DNA from: Thermoplasmata archaeon
Lineage (GTDB): Archaea; Thermoplasmatota; Thermoplasmata; Lutacidiplasmatales; SKW197
NCBI GenBank assembly: GCA_026414225.1
Contig: JAOAJK010000006.1
Location: 4,005 to 68,004 of the forward strand
Direction of reading: 5' to 3'
DNA: 64,000 bases
Of the stretch, positions 36,199-45,338 are shown piece after piece. Below the pieces are notes generated by a model. That model was not told the origin of the DNA, searched no databases, and saw nothing but the letters and a program-made list of their open reading frames with translations. A program made the translations under genes and the position numbers. Position 1 is the first letter of the stretch. The number at the start of each line of letters is the position of its first letter.

Positions 36199-36768
36199 TC
36201 GCTGCTCCTCCGCCTTCTTTCCCACGATCACTCTCGCGGGGCGGAGCACCATGCCATTAACCGTGTAGCCCTTTCGCACAATCTCCACAATTTTGTTATC
36301 AGCGTCTGCTGGCACAACCGCCTCCACCTCATGCAAATTTGGGTCAAATTCTTTCATCTCAATCTCTCTCAATCCCATTCTTGCCAGCGTTTCATAAAAA
36401 TTTTTCTTCAAGGCCAGTAAACCATTGACCAGCACCTCGTGCCCTGCATCTTTTAGATTTTTTTCCATCGCTTCGAAGTCATCGAGCACGGGAAGGAGCC
36501 CTTTCATAAAATCGATCAGTGCCATCTTCCGCAACTCCGCGCTCTCCTTCTCCTTTCTTTTTCTGAAATTTTCGAAATCCGCCTGGAGGTAGAGCAACTT
36601 GTTTTTCAGGTCTTTGGTTTCCTCCTCCTTCGCTTCCAGTAACTTTTTCAGTTCCATCTCCTTCTTTTCCTCATCCCTGCCTGCCCTGTCATTCGGCTCT
36701 CCGTTATCCTGGTTTCTCTCCGTGTCGCTTTCCGTCTTCTTGTCATTCATGCGAGTTTCCCCTATCAT
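36175..36768 (-). CDS. grpE: Nucleotide exchange factor GrpE
   Basis: GrpE signature LLYLQADFENFRKRKEKE…DPNLHEV…GYTVNGMVLRPARV. Acidic/Lys-rich N-terminus. Confidence 0.85.
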   Translation of the reverse strand: MIGETRMNDKKTESDTERNQDNGEPNDRAGRDEEKKEMELKKLLEAKEEETKDLKNKLLYLQADFENFRKRKEKESAELRKMALIDFMKGLLPVLDDFEAMEKNLKDAGHEVLVNGLLALKKNFYETLARMGLREIEMKEFDPNLHEVEAVVPADADNKIVEIVRKGYTVNGMVLRPARVIVGKKAEEQRSKPDAGS

Positions 36769-36771
36769 GCC

Positions 36772-37341
36772 TCACTGAACCTTGATTTTGAATCCCTCTA
36801 TCTCACCTTTCTTCTTTGCGAATGTGATATCCAGAACCCCATTTTTGAACGAGGCCTTCGCTGACTTCTCATCGACATCGTTCGGGAGCTCGATCTCCTT
36901 CAGATATTTTCTGTTCGGGGCGTCCACTTTCACGCAGAGAACTCCACCAGAAACGGTGAGGTCAATGTCATCCTTCTCAACACCGGGCACCTCGAGGGTC
37001 ACCGAAAAGCTGTCCTTGGCGTCAACGATGTCGGTTAGAGGTTCCCGGGGTGCAGATTCAAGGGCTTTGAACTCGCCACCTTCGATTCTATCCGGTAGAT
37101 TTCCGAACTTCTGGAAGACCGGTTTCCCGTCAGGACCCACCCTCAGCGAAAATCCATAGATTATCGGGCGTTCTGGAAAACCCGCGGGCGATATCTTATC
37201 CGCTCTCTCAAAAAACCGTTCCAGGATTTCCCGCATTCTCTCAAATTCCCTCTCAAAGGTGTCGTCAAAAAAGTCCGTCTCCCAGCGGAACTCGTCGTTT
37301 TCCTCATCCCTGTGGTCCTTCTTTCTCTTAGACAAGGACAC
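36772..37341 (-). CDS. hsp20: Small heat-shock protein Hsp20/alpha-crystallin family
   Basis: Alpha-crystallin domain (DSFSVTLEVPGVEKDDIDLTVSGGVLCVKV…KASFKNGVLDITFAKKK). GTG start 32 nt after the thermosome stop. Confidence 0.85.
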   Translation of the reverse strand: MSLSKRKKDHRDEENDEFRWETDFFDDTFEREFERMREILERFFERADKISPAGFPERPIIYGFSLRVGPDGKPVFQKFGNLPDRIEGGEFKALESAPREPLTDIVDAKDSFSVTLEVPGVEKDDIDLTVSGGVLCVKVDAPNRKYLKEIELPNDVDEKSAKASFKNGVLDITFAKKKGEIEGFKIKVQ

Positions 37342-37344
37342 ACC

Positions 37345-37373
37345 CCCGCAATAAAAAAGAAGAAAAAATTTTT
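37345..37373 (-). terminator. T-rich tract downstream of thermosome gene (archaeal intrinsic terminator-like)
   Basis: The minus strand reads TTTTTTCTTCTTTTTTATT directly 3' of the thermosome stop. It may also carry the hsp20 promoter TATA (TTTTTTATT). Confidence 0.3.
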
Positions 37374-39020
37374 TCAGTCCTCGAACTCGGAGCCACCGCC
37401 CTCAGGACCTCCGCCGCCCTTCGGTCCCTTGCCCGTCTCTGAGGGTTTGCCAGCAATCACATCGTCAATTCTGAGAATCATCACCGCGGCCTCGGTTGCT
37501 GACTGGATTGCCTGCCTGCCCACCCTGAGGGGCTCGAGAACCTTCTCCTTCCGCATGTCCCCGACCTTGCCAGTGAGCACATTCACGCCGTAGTGAATCT
37601 TCTTGTCCTTATGGGCTTTCCTGAGTTCAATCAGCACATCAATCGGGTCCATGCCGGCGTTCTCTGCCAGCGTTCTCGGGATTACCTCCAGCGCGCCTGC
37701 AAATGCCTCTATCGCCAGCTGTTCCCTGCCTCCGACGGAAGCCGCATAGTCCCTCAATCTCAGGGCAAGCTCCGTTGCAGCGGCCCCGGCACCAGTAATC
37801 ATGTATCCATCCTCTATCGCGACAGCGACAACACTTGTTGCATCCTCGAGCGAGCGCTCGATTTCATCCACCACATGCTCGGTGCCGCCCCTGATAAGGA
37901 TGGAAACCGCCTTTGCCCCTGTGCACCCTGTTACGAAGGTCATCTTATCGTCGCCGATCTTTCTCTCCTCCACAAGTCCGGATTTGCCCAAATCCTCAGG
38001 AGTCAGTTCGCTGAGCTTGGTGATGATGTTGGCACCAGTTGCCTTTGAGAGTTTCTCCATGTCGGATTTCTTTACCCTCCTGACCGCATAAATTCCTGCC
38101 TTCGCAAGGAAGTGCTGGGCAAGGTCGTCAATTCCTTTCTGGCAGAAGACGACATTCGCACCGCTCTTCTTGATTGTTTCAACCATGGTCTTCAACATCT
38201 TTTCTTCCTCTGCCAGGAACGCTGTAAGCTGGGACGGGTCCGTGATTTCGATCTTGGCATCAATCTCTGTTTTCTTCACCTCCAGCGCGGAATCAATCAA
38301 CGCGATCTTTGCGTTCTCTACCCTTGTTGGCATTCCCGCATGCACCCTCTCCTTATCCACGATGATGCCTTCAATCACCTCTGTATCTGTGACGGAGCCA
38401 CCATGCTTCTTTGTAATCTGGATGTTATCCAGGTCAATACGGTAGCCCCCATCGTATTTTTCAGCCACTGCTTTCACGGCTTTAACTGCAATGTCTGCCA
38501 GGTAATCCCTTACCGCACTTACGCTCTTTGAGCCCATTGCGGTCATTGCAATCTCCTTCAGTTTGTCCGTGTCGTCAATCGTAACCTTTTCTGCAATCTT
38601 CTGCAATTCCTCTATGGCTTTGGTGGAAGCCATCTTGTAACCACCTGTAATCACCGTTGGATGGATGTTCTGGTCAACAAGGTCGAGGGCTTTCTTCAGC
38701 AGCTCGCCCGCAAGCACCACCGCCGTTGTGGTGCCGTCGCCGCACTCCTCGTCCTGGGTTTTGGCAACCTCAACCAGCATCTTGGCTGCAGGGTGCTCCA
38801 CATCCACTTCCTTGAGTATTGTCACGCCGTCATTTGTGATGACCACATCGCCCATGCTGTCAACCAGCATTTTATCGAGGCCTCTGGGTCCGAGCGTCGT
38901 TTTCACTGTATCTGCAAGGGCAGTCGCTGCCATGATGTTGTTTTCAAGTGCGCCCTTCCCTCTTTCTCTCTTCGTTCCTTCCTTCAGGATTAGAACCGGT
39001 GTACCACCTTGTCCTATCAT
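37374..39020 (-). CDS. ths: Thermosome subunit (group II chaperonin)
   Basis: Strong CCT/thermosome signatures throughout ([48 protein letters not shown]) and a C-terminal Gly/Glu-rich tail. Confidence 0.95.
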   Translation of the reverse strand: MIGQGGTPVLILKEGTKRERGKGALENNIMAATALADTVKTTLGPRGLDKMLVDSMGDVVITNDGVTILKEVDVEHPAAKMLVEVAKTQDEECGDGTTTAVVLAGELLKKALDLVDQNIHPTVITGGYKMASTKAIEELQKIAEKVTIDDTDKLKEIAMTAMGSKSVSAVRDYLADIAVKAVKAVAEKYDGGYRIDLDNIQITKKHGGSVTDTEVIEGIIVDKERVHAGMPTRVENAKIALIDSALEVKKTEIDAKIEITDPSQLTAFLAEEEKMLKTMVETIKKSGANVVFCQKGIDDLAQHFLAKAGIYAVRRVKKSDMEKLSKATGANIITKLSELTPEDLGKSGLVEERKIGDDKMTFVTGCTGAKAVSILIRGGTEHVVDEIERSLEDATSVVAVAIEDGYMITGAGAAATELALRLRDYAASVGGREQLAIEAFAGALEVIPRTLAENAGMDPIDVLIELRKAHKDKKIHYGVNVLTGKVGDMRKEKVLEPLRVGRQAIQSATEAAVMILRIDDVIAGKPSETGKGPKGGGGPEGGGSEFED

Positions 39021-39064
39021 ATTTTACCACCTCAAAATAGGTATGAAAGTTCTTCTATATAAAA

Positions 39065-39589
39065 CTAACGGTGGGGGGTTATCAAGCTGCCGGCGACGAA
39101 TAAACTCTCGTAGAGGTAGAGAACACCAATCAGTATCACGAAGCCAGCCACTACGGTTCTCAACCTGTTATCGATCTTCAGTTTCAGCGTTGAAACCAAG
39201 GCAAGCGGGGTCAGAGTGCCGGCGGTGAACAGGAGGGCGTTGAGCATTCCAGAGATGTAGCCATCCGCAAGGAGGACCGCGGGCAATCCCTCGGTAAAGC
39301 ACACGAAAGCGGCTGCAAGAACACCCTTGGTGCAGGCGGAATTGGTGCCCTCCAGCGCCATCATGAATCCGTAAATTCCCACGCCGAGCATCAAGATGCT
39401 CCCGGCAATCCGCAGGTAAGGGGCGAATGCAATTAAAGGTAGAGCCCCAAGGAGAAGCAGAAATCTGGCTCCAAAAATGTAACCCAGTGTCTTTTTTCCA
39501 CCACCCGATAGGAGAAACAGTGGAAGGGTACACGCCGAGCATACGGAAAGCCCGAGAAGGAGTCCGTAGAGATAGAACTCAATGTACAT
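39065..39589 (-). CDS. Small 6-TM membrane protein, CcdA/DsbD-like (putative thiol-disulfide electron conduit)
   Basis: Six predicted TM helices. TM1 motif [11 protein letters not shown] resembles the CcdA SPC(V/I)LPL motif, with a second membrane Cys region ([14 protein letters not shown]). First gene of the four-gene operon by coordinate and last in transcription order. Confidence 0.4.
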   Translation of the reverse strand: MYIEFYLYGLLLGLSVCSACTLPLFLLSGGGKKTLGYIFGARFLLLLGALPLIAFAPYLRIAGSILMLGVGIYGFMMALEGTNSACTKGVLAAAFVCFTEGLPAVLLADGYISGMLNALLFTAGTLTPLALVSTLKLKIDNRLRTVVAGFVILIGVLYLYESLFVAGSLITPHR

Positions 39590-40457
39590 CTCTCCACCTC
39601 GCTCTGAAGGATATTACTTTTTTCTGGCAGCTCTCAACGCATCTTCCGCATCTGATGCATTCAATGCTGTCGGTCTCGCTTCTAGGGTCAATCCCCATCG
39701 GGCACCGTTTCCCGCATGCCTGACAATTCACACATTTTTCCTTGTTTGATTTGATGCTGAGCAAGGAAATCTTATTGAAGAGTGCGAGCTGGGCGCCAAG
39801 CGGGCAGAGGTATCTGCACCAGCCCCTTGCCACGAAATAAATCAGACCAAAAAATACAACTGTAAGCCCGATTTTTATCTCAAAGAAAGGGGACATCGGT
39901 TCCACATAGCCAGGAAGAAGGAGAAGCGTGGGAACGGTGCCGGCGAGAAAGCCCACCGGACAGAGGTCAGTAAACACCTTTTCCATGAAAATGTAGGAGA
40001 GCAGGAGTGCGAGCCCGAAAATACCGAATTTAACATATCTGGCATAGCCATCATTCAGTTTTCTGTGCTTTGATTTCAGGGCAAACAGGTCCTGGAGTGC
40101 CCCAACTGGGCAGCCCCATCCACACGTCGCCCGCCCGAAAACCAGGGCAACAAGGAAGATGCCCGCAAGAAAGTATAGGAGAAGGAAGGGGTTGACAATG
40201 ACCGCATACTGTTCTGCACCTACTGGACATAGACCCACTGCACCAGGGCAGGCATGGCAGTAGAAGAAAGGTAGAGGAATACCGTAAAACCCAATTATCA
40301 AGCCGAAGTTCAGCACGGCAAAAACCAGAAACTGGAGGGTGATTCGGTAGGTGCTCAACTTCAGGGTCTCACCCGCGATGCATGTGCAGGGCCTCGTCCA
40401 GCACCATCGTAAGTTCGTCAGAGTATACCACGCCCGCCTTCGACCACCAGAGCACAC
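39579..40457 (-). CDS. NapH/MauN-type membrane-bound polyferredoxin (4 TM + two [4Fe-4S] motifs)
   Basis: TM helices with CPxG motifs (CHACPGAVGLCPVG; CGWGCPVGALQD) and a C-terminal CVNCQACGKRCP…CIRCGRCVESC. Its start may be downstream of 40457, as there is up to 89 nt of overlap with the preceding gene. Confidence 0.65.
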   Translation of the reverse strand: MCSGGRRRAWYTLTNLRWCWTRPCTCIAGETLKLSTYRITLQFLVFAVLNFGLIIGFYGIPLPFFYCHACPGAVGLCPVGAEQYAVIVNPFLLLYFLAGIFLVALVFGRATCGWGCPVGALQDLFALKSKHRKLNDGYARYVKFGIFGLALLLSYIFMEKVFTDLCPVGFLAGTVPTLLLLPGYVEPMSPFFEIKIGLTVVFFGLIYFVARGWCRYLCPLGAQLALFNKISLLSIKSNKEKCVNCQACGKRCPMGIDPRSETDSIECIRCGRCVESCQKKVISFRARWRDVH

Positions 40458-42012
40458 TAGTCCCAGTTTTTACAACGCACACGGTTGTGGGCGTTCCCAG
40501 TGCCTGTCCAAGCGTGTAGGTTTTCAGCACCGCAATTCCCTGTTCCCTTGTCTCCGAGCCCATGGTCACATCCAGCACCTTGAAGGAGATGCGGTCTTCA
40601 AACCTGCCAGAAATTTTTCCGTCGGAGGTTATGATTCCGTGGCTCACCATGTCCCTCCACTGGACTTCACAGCCAGTGCATGGGACCTGATGCACATACA
40701 AAAGCAGGGGTTTACCCTCTGCCAGTGCATCCAGAACCCATTGAGGATGGTTTACAGGGCTGCCATTTGGATAATTTTCCAGCCACGAAACAGCAAGCGA
40801 CTTTGGCTGGAGGGCAAGGCAGCTCCAGCATGTATTTCCATGGTAGATATTTCCACCTGCATCCGCACTATTCCCTATGAGCCCGTAATGGGCTGATAGA
40901 ACGATTGCCCCGATAAGGAGGGGAAGGAGGAGAATGTGGAGTTGCCTCAAGTTTTTCACAAAGAGAATGATCGCAATCCCACCCAGAATCCCCAGGAGCA
41001 ACGCGATCGCTATGGTCATACCGTTAATGGAGGGAGATGGGTTCTGGGGTTGGGCACTGGCTTCTGTATAAACCTTTAAATCGTAGCTCGTGTTGAGGGT
41101 GTTGTTGTAGGGGTCTCTTGCGTAAATCTGAACAGTTTTCGAAAGGGGAACTTCCGCGGTGAAGAAGCCCTGGGCCGCCCGTTCCAGCGGGTAAAAGGTC
41201 TGGTTGATGAAAATACCTGCCTCTGCAATCCCTGAGCCATCCGTGAGATAAACCCTGACCGTCATGTTGGTTTCATTCTTTCTTATGCCGAACGCATCAA
41301 CAAGCACCGGAGAAGCATTATCTCTCTGCTCTGGCGGAAATACAAACACCGCTGTGTTTTTCAGAACAGATTGATTAGAATTGTCAATTGCAATTATTGT
41401 AATGAGATGCTGGCCTGAATAAAGGGGTGTAAATTCGGTCGAGAAATTTTCTGCCCGGGGTAGCATCACACCCTCCCAGAAATCACTTTCATGCGAGATG
41501 TTGCATTTTACCATTTCCACTCCCAGATCGTCTGTGACATTTGCAGAAATGGTGAAGTTGTTGCCAAGTTTGGGGAATTCCGGAACAAACCAGATGTTGT
41601 GGATAATCGGCTTGGCGTTTTCCCGGATGATTATCCAGTTTGTGTAGAGCATTTCACCATTCAGCAGGATTTCAAATGAAAGGTTATCCCCATCTTTCGT
41701 GTAAGGGTTTCCCCCATCACCTGGCACAAACAGATACTCAAAGGTGTTGTTGCCTAGCACCACCATATCCACAGGAAATCCACATAACCCGTTCAGGCAG
41801 AACTGAATCTTGAGTGAGGAGACATTCTCACATATGGCTCTGAATTTGATTGTAGCATTCGGAACCGGGATTTCTGGCGCCCACGACACGGAAATCTGGG
41901 TTGATACTTGTTCCGGAGCCAGCACATCGTTTGCTGCGCCTGCGTGCTGCAGAAAAAGGAGAATGAAGAACAGGGGGAGTAGGAAGATTTTTCCTTCCAT
42001 CTTTTCCATCAC
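40369..42012 (-). CDS. Exported glycoprotein: Ig-like ectodomain, TM hairpin and C-terminal CxxC…CxxC domain
   Basis: Signal peptide (IFLLPLFFILLFLQHAGA). About 330 aa with many NxT/S sequons. Two adjacent TM helices, then a domain with CWSC and VPCTGC motifs. 4-nt overlap with the upstream gene. Confidence 0.6.
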   Translation of the reverse strand: MMEKMEGKIFLLPLFFILLFLQHAGAANDVLAPEQVSTQISVSWAPEIPVPNATIKFRAICENVSSLKIQFCLNGLCGFPVDMVVLGNNTFEYLFVPGDGGNPYTKDGDNLSFEILLNGEMLYTNWIIIRENAKPIIHNIWFVPEFPKLGNNFTISANVTDDLGVEMVKCNISHESDFWEGVMLPRAENFSTEFTPLYSGQHLITIIAIDNSNQSVLKNTAVFVFPPEQRDNASPVLVDAFGIRKNETNMTVRVYLTDGSGIAEAGIFINQTFYPLERAAQGFFTAEVPLSKTVQIYARDPYNNTLNTSYDLKVYTEASAQPQNPSPSINGMTIAIALLLGILGGIAIILFVKNLRQLHILLLPLLIGAIVLSAHYGLIGNSADAGGNIYHGNTCWSCLALQPKSLAVSWLENYPNGSPVNHPQWVLDALAEGKPLLLYVHQVPCTGCEVQWRDMVSHGIITSDGKISGRFEDRISFKVLDVTMGSETREQGIAVLKTYTLGQALGTPTTVCVVKTGTSVLWWSKAGVVYSDELTMVLDEALHMHRG

Positions 42013-42929
42013 TCGGAAGTTCTCCGCCAGAGGAACACGGTGGCCACCACAATCATTGCAGTGAACACGGGAATGAATATTCCAGTGGAATGCTCCGGCA
42101 CCGGCTGTGCGGAGAGATTGAGGGTTGAGCTTTGATAAACTTCTGAAGTGTAGTAAGTGTATGTGCCTCCATGGTAGGTTCTATCGCTGGTCTGCACAAA
42201 AACCACAACCCAGAGGCGATCTTCCTCCCAGCTTGCGTCAACCGTGAAACTTTTCTGGAGCGTCAGGGTCTGTCCCACACCGATGTTAAGCAGGTCCATG
42301 CCCAGCTTTTTCACAGCATCGAACCTCAGCCAGTAGGTTCTGCCGCCCGATATCACGCTCTTATTTTTGTCCTCGCAGAGCACGAAATGGACATAGGTGC
42401 CGTTTGTGGAGGCCGGCAGCGGGTCAAGGACGGTTATGGCTGCATTCACGATTCCGTTAGTCCCATCGATGTAGCCAGAAACAGAAATTGATACGGGCGA
42501 AGCCACACCCAACCTGGAGTTGATCTTGCTCTTGTAATCGTTATAAGTTGCCGCATCATTTGCGTTGGTGGAACCTCCGATCGAGGGATTGAGACCGTCA
42601 AAGAAGGTTGTGGGATAGCCAGGCACTCCATAGTAGTTTGCCCTGGCAGAGCAGGAGCCGTCACTCGCTTCATAAGAATCTCCCACATGCCATTCGATGA
42701 TGGCCAGCTGGGTTCTATTCATCTCGTTTGCAAGGCGGTTAAGGGCGCCCTCTGCACCTGGACAGTACTGGCACCATGTGCCTGTGAAGCACTCGGCAAG
42801 TACGGTTCTGCTCGTCGTGCTTTCAGGCACCGGCATTTTTGTCTCGTTTCCTGCACCCAGATTTGCGATTGCTGCGACGGACACCAGTCCGACGAGAAGC
42901 ATTGCGATGAATCTATCCTTTATTTTCAT
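42009..42929 (-). CDS. Membrane-anchored extracytoplasmic thioredoxin-fold protein (WCxxC)
   Basis: Signal peptide, a thioredoxin-type active site ECFTGTWCQYCPGA near the N-terminus, and a C-terminal TM anchor (GIFIPVFTAMIVVATVFLW). Confidence 0.55.
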   Translation of the reverse strand: MKIKDRFIAMLLVGLVSVAAIANLGAGNETKMPVPESTTSRTVLAECFTGTWCQYCPGAEGALNRLANEMNRTQLAIIEWHVGDSYEASDGSCSARANYYGVPGYPTTFFDGLNPSIGGSTNANDAATYNDYKSKINSRLGVASPVSISVSGYIDGTNGIVNAAITVLDPLPASTNGTYVHFVLCEDKNKSVISGGRTYWLRFDAVKKLGMDLLNIGVGQTLTLQKSFTVDASWEEDRLWVVVFVQTSDRTYHGGTYTYYTSEVYQSSTLNLSAQPVPEHSTGIFIPVFTAMIVVATVFLWRRTSE

Positions 42930-43024
42930 GGGAATCTCCTCCGCTCAGGTATGACATACGTGTTAATAAAAATATCTGTGCAGGGAGGAATAACATTTAA
43001 TACCCCCCTTGACAATGTGGGGTT

Positions 43025-44137
43025 ATGAAGGGAATCACGCACTTCCTTACTGGCATCGCCGTTGCCACCTGCTTTGCCGCTGCAGTAGATGCTGCCCTTT
43101 TTGAAAAGTCATTAATCATTCTCCTTGGCGGCATCTTTGGGATACTGCCAGATACACTTGATTTTAGGTTGGTAAGATATCTTGAAAAACACACCTACGA
43201 GGTTGATCCGTATCCAGACTTGGATCCAAAGCCAATTGCAGAAACAATGGCCAGAGCGATTGATGAGGCCTGGGAGACGGGGAAGCCAGTAAATGTGAAG
43301 TTCCATACGATAAAGCATGACCAGGGATACTGGAGACAGTATTTCATAAAAATTGATAAGAAAAACAAGTTAATTACAGCAAGGATTGGCGGTTTGATTC
43401 CATGGGTAGATGACCCTCCTCTTCCAGGCTCTGAGCCAGATCCACCAAGGATTGCCTCTTCAAGCTTCAAGCCAGATATAGATTACTTCTATGATGAGGA
43501 AACAAAGGTTTCGATACTCTCCGGTCCAGATTTCGAGATGCGGAGAGATGGTGACAAGGTGCGGCTCGAATTCATTCCCTGGCATCGCCGCTGGACCCAC
43601 AGTTTATCCCTCGGACTTGCGTTCGGCGCTATAGGTGCAATAATCTTCTCAGTGATTTATGGGTTTTCAATGATGTCCCTTGTGATTTTCGGAATCATTA
43701 CTGGAGGATTCTGGGGACATGTGATTGTTGACTTTTCTGGATTGTTGGGGAGCAACCTCTTCCCGCCATTCACGAAGAGGCGAATTAAGGGGCTCGGTCT
43801 CTGCCGTTCCTCGGATGCCCTTCCAAACTTCTTCACGAACTATTCAATGCTAATGATAATAGTATGGAATCTAGATTCCTTTTCGCCTTCTCCGAAACTT
43901 CACATGCCATGGGTGGACATGTTTTCCGGAATAACAGCTGGGAATCCAACCGCAACATACTGGGTAGGGACAATAAACTATGTGGTTTACTTCATTGTGG
44001 TTCCATTGACCCTGATATATCTTGCTGTCTATTTTCTCACAGGTAAATACAAGGAGGAATTGAAGAGCCAGGAAGAGAGGGACAGGGAAAGGGCAGCGGA
44101 GCTCTCGAGCGAGATCAGTGAGGAAATCAAAATGTGA
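43025..44137 (+). CDS. Membrane-bound metal-dependent hydrolase (YdjM/DUF457-like) with acidic coiled-coil C-terminal tail
   Basis: N-terminal MKGITHFLTGIAV… and LPDTLD motifs typical of DUF457. Further TM helices and a C-terminal KEELKSQEERDRERAAELSSEISEEIKM tail. Confidence 0.5.
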   Translation: MKGITHFLTGIAVATCFAAAVDAALFEKSLIILLGGIFGILPDTLDFRLVRYLEKHTYEVDPYPDLDPKPIAETMARAIDEAWETGKPVNVKFHTIKHDQGYWRQYFIKIDKKNKLITARIGGLIPWVDDPPLPGSEPDPPRIASSSFKPDIDYFYDEETKVSILSGPDFEMRRDGDKVRLEFIPWHRRWTHSLSLGLAFGAIGAIIFSVIYGFSMMSLVIFGIITGGFWGHVIVDFSGLLGSNLFPPFTKRRIKGLGLCRSSDALPNFFTNYSMLMIIVWNLDSFSPSPKLHMPWVDMFSGITAGNPTATYWVGTINYVVYFIVVPLTLIYLAVYFLTGKYKEELKSQEERDRERAAELSSEISEEIKM

Positions 44138-44141
44138 AATC

Positions 44142-45074
44142 ATGGAGCCAGAGCACGCGGCACTTCTGAAGAAGCAGGGTTATGCACTTGTGGGCCGGCA
44201 TTCAGCGGTAAAACTGTGTCACTGGATGAGGCAGAAGCTTTTCTATGGACGACCGTGTTACAAGGAAGCGTTTTATGGAATTCAGACACACAGGTGCCTC
44301 CAGATGACCCCTGCAGTTTACTCCTGCACCCAGATGTGTGTTTTCTGCTGGCGAAATCAGCAGTTCACGAAGCAGGGAATTGAGAAGCCGGAAGAGCCGG
44401 AGAAGATTGTGGAAGAATCGATAATGGCACAGCGAAAGCTAATTAGCGGTTTTAAAGGCGATGGCCGGTGCAATCTAGGGTTATGGAAGGACGCACAGCA
44501 TCCAAACCAGGTGGCGATTTCTCTCGCAGGAGAGCCGACACTCTATCCATATCTGGGAGATTTGATCGAGTGCTTCAAAAACCGAGGTTTTACCACATTC
44601 TTGGTCACGAACGGAACTGTGCCAGAAGCCCTCGAGGCGCTTGACTGTCTCCCAACGCAGTTATATGTTACAGTTGCGGCACCCAGCGAAGAGGTCTACA
44701 GGAATGCATGTCTTCCCCTGCGGAAGGAGAACTGGACAAAACTGCAGGAGACCCTGAAATTCTTTCCCTCATTCAATTGTAGAAAGGTGGTGCGGCACAC
44801 CCTGGTGAGAAACTGGAACCTTGGCTGGGCGAAGGATTACGCAAAACTGGATATGCTTGCAGAGCCAGATTTCATTGAGGCGAAGGCATTTGTTTTTGTC
44901 GGGGGTTCAAGGAACAGGTTGAACATAGATTGCATGCCCTCCCACAGCGAGATACTGGAATTCGCTGCAGAGCTTGGGAAAGAAACTGGCTATGAATTGA
45001 TAGGGGAGAAAGGGGATAGCCGTGTGGCGTTGCTCAGCGGTGGCAGAGTTCACCCGAAAATTCAGAATTTGTAG
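44142..45074 (+). CDS. taw1: tRNA 4-demethylwyosine synthase (radical SAM, TYW1/Taw1)
   Basis: TYW1-type N-terminus (LLKKQGYALVGRHSAVKLCHW) and radical-SAM cluster CTQMCVFCWR. ATG at 44142 lies just after the upstream stop; the track's GTG at 44118 overlaps the upstream gene. Confidence 0.8.
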   Translation: MEPEHAALLKKQGYALVGRHSAVKLCHWMRQKLFYGRPCYKEAFYGIQTHRCLQMTPAVYSCTQMCVFCWRNQQFTKQGIEKPEEPEKIVEESIMAQRKLISGFKGDGRCNLGLWKDAQHPNQVAISLAGEPTLYPYLGDLIECFKNRGFTTFLVTNGTVPEALEALDCLPTQLYVTVAAPSEEVYRNACLPLRKENWTKLQETLKFFPSFNCRKVVRHTLVRNWNLGWAKDYAKLDMLAEPDFIEAKAFVFVGGSRNRLNIDCMPSHSEILEFAAELGKETGYELIGEKGDSRVALLSGGRVHPKIQNL

Positions 45075-45229
45075 ACATAACGGAGGACTTCTAGAATTAC
45101 TACGGCCCCTATGCACATCCCGAGCACAATCCTGGGGTCAATTTTTATTGCCACATCTTCCTCTGCATCAAAATATCTTATCAACCCAGCAGCAGAATGG
45201 AAACCTTCGCCTTTCTTTTCCTTTGCCAT
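45062..45229 (-). CDS. secG: Preprotein translocase subunit Sec61-beta/SecG (55 aa; absent from ORF track)
   Basis: Minus-strand translation MAKEKKGEGFHSAAGLIRYFDAEEDVAIKIDPRIVLGMCIGAVVILEVLRYVYKF. The SAAGLIRYFD(A/E)E motif and single C-terminal TM helix are diagnostic of archaeal Sec-beta. Its 3' end overlaps taw1 by 13 nt (convergent). Confidence 0.7.
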   Translation of the reverse strand: MAKEKKGEGFHSAAGLIRYFDAEEDVAIKIDPRIVLGMCIGAVVILEVLRYVYKF

Positions 45230-45251
45230 CGAGTTTTAATAGCCAAATTGG

Positions 45252-45262
45252 TATATATAAGT
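45252..45262 (-). promoter_or_regulatory. TATA-like box (TTATATATAC on minus strand) ~28 nt upstream of secG ATG
   Basis: Lies in the divergent secG/pdxS intergenic region. The spacing fits a leaderless transcript. Confidence 0.3.
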
Positions 45263-45338
45263 TTCTGAGGGTTTGCTCTTGCCGTATGCACCATAATCCC
45301 TATATACTCACTTGAGTATTATAACAGCAGGGATAGAT

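Noticed and set aside
37593-39228. Plus-strand ORFs (151, 139, 110 and 187 aa) antisense to the thermosome gene
   Set aside because: The thermosome on the minus strand is certain, and these are shadow ORFs.
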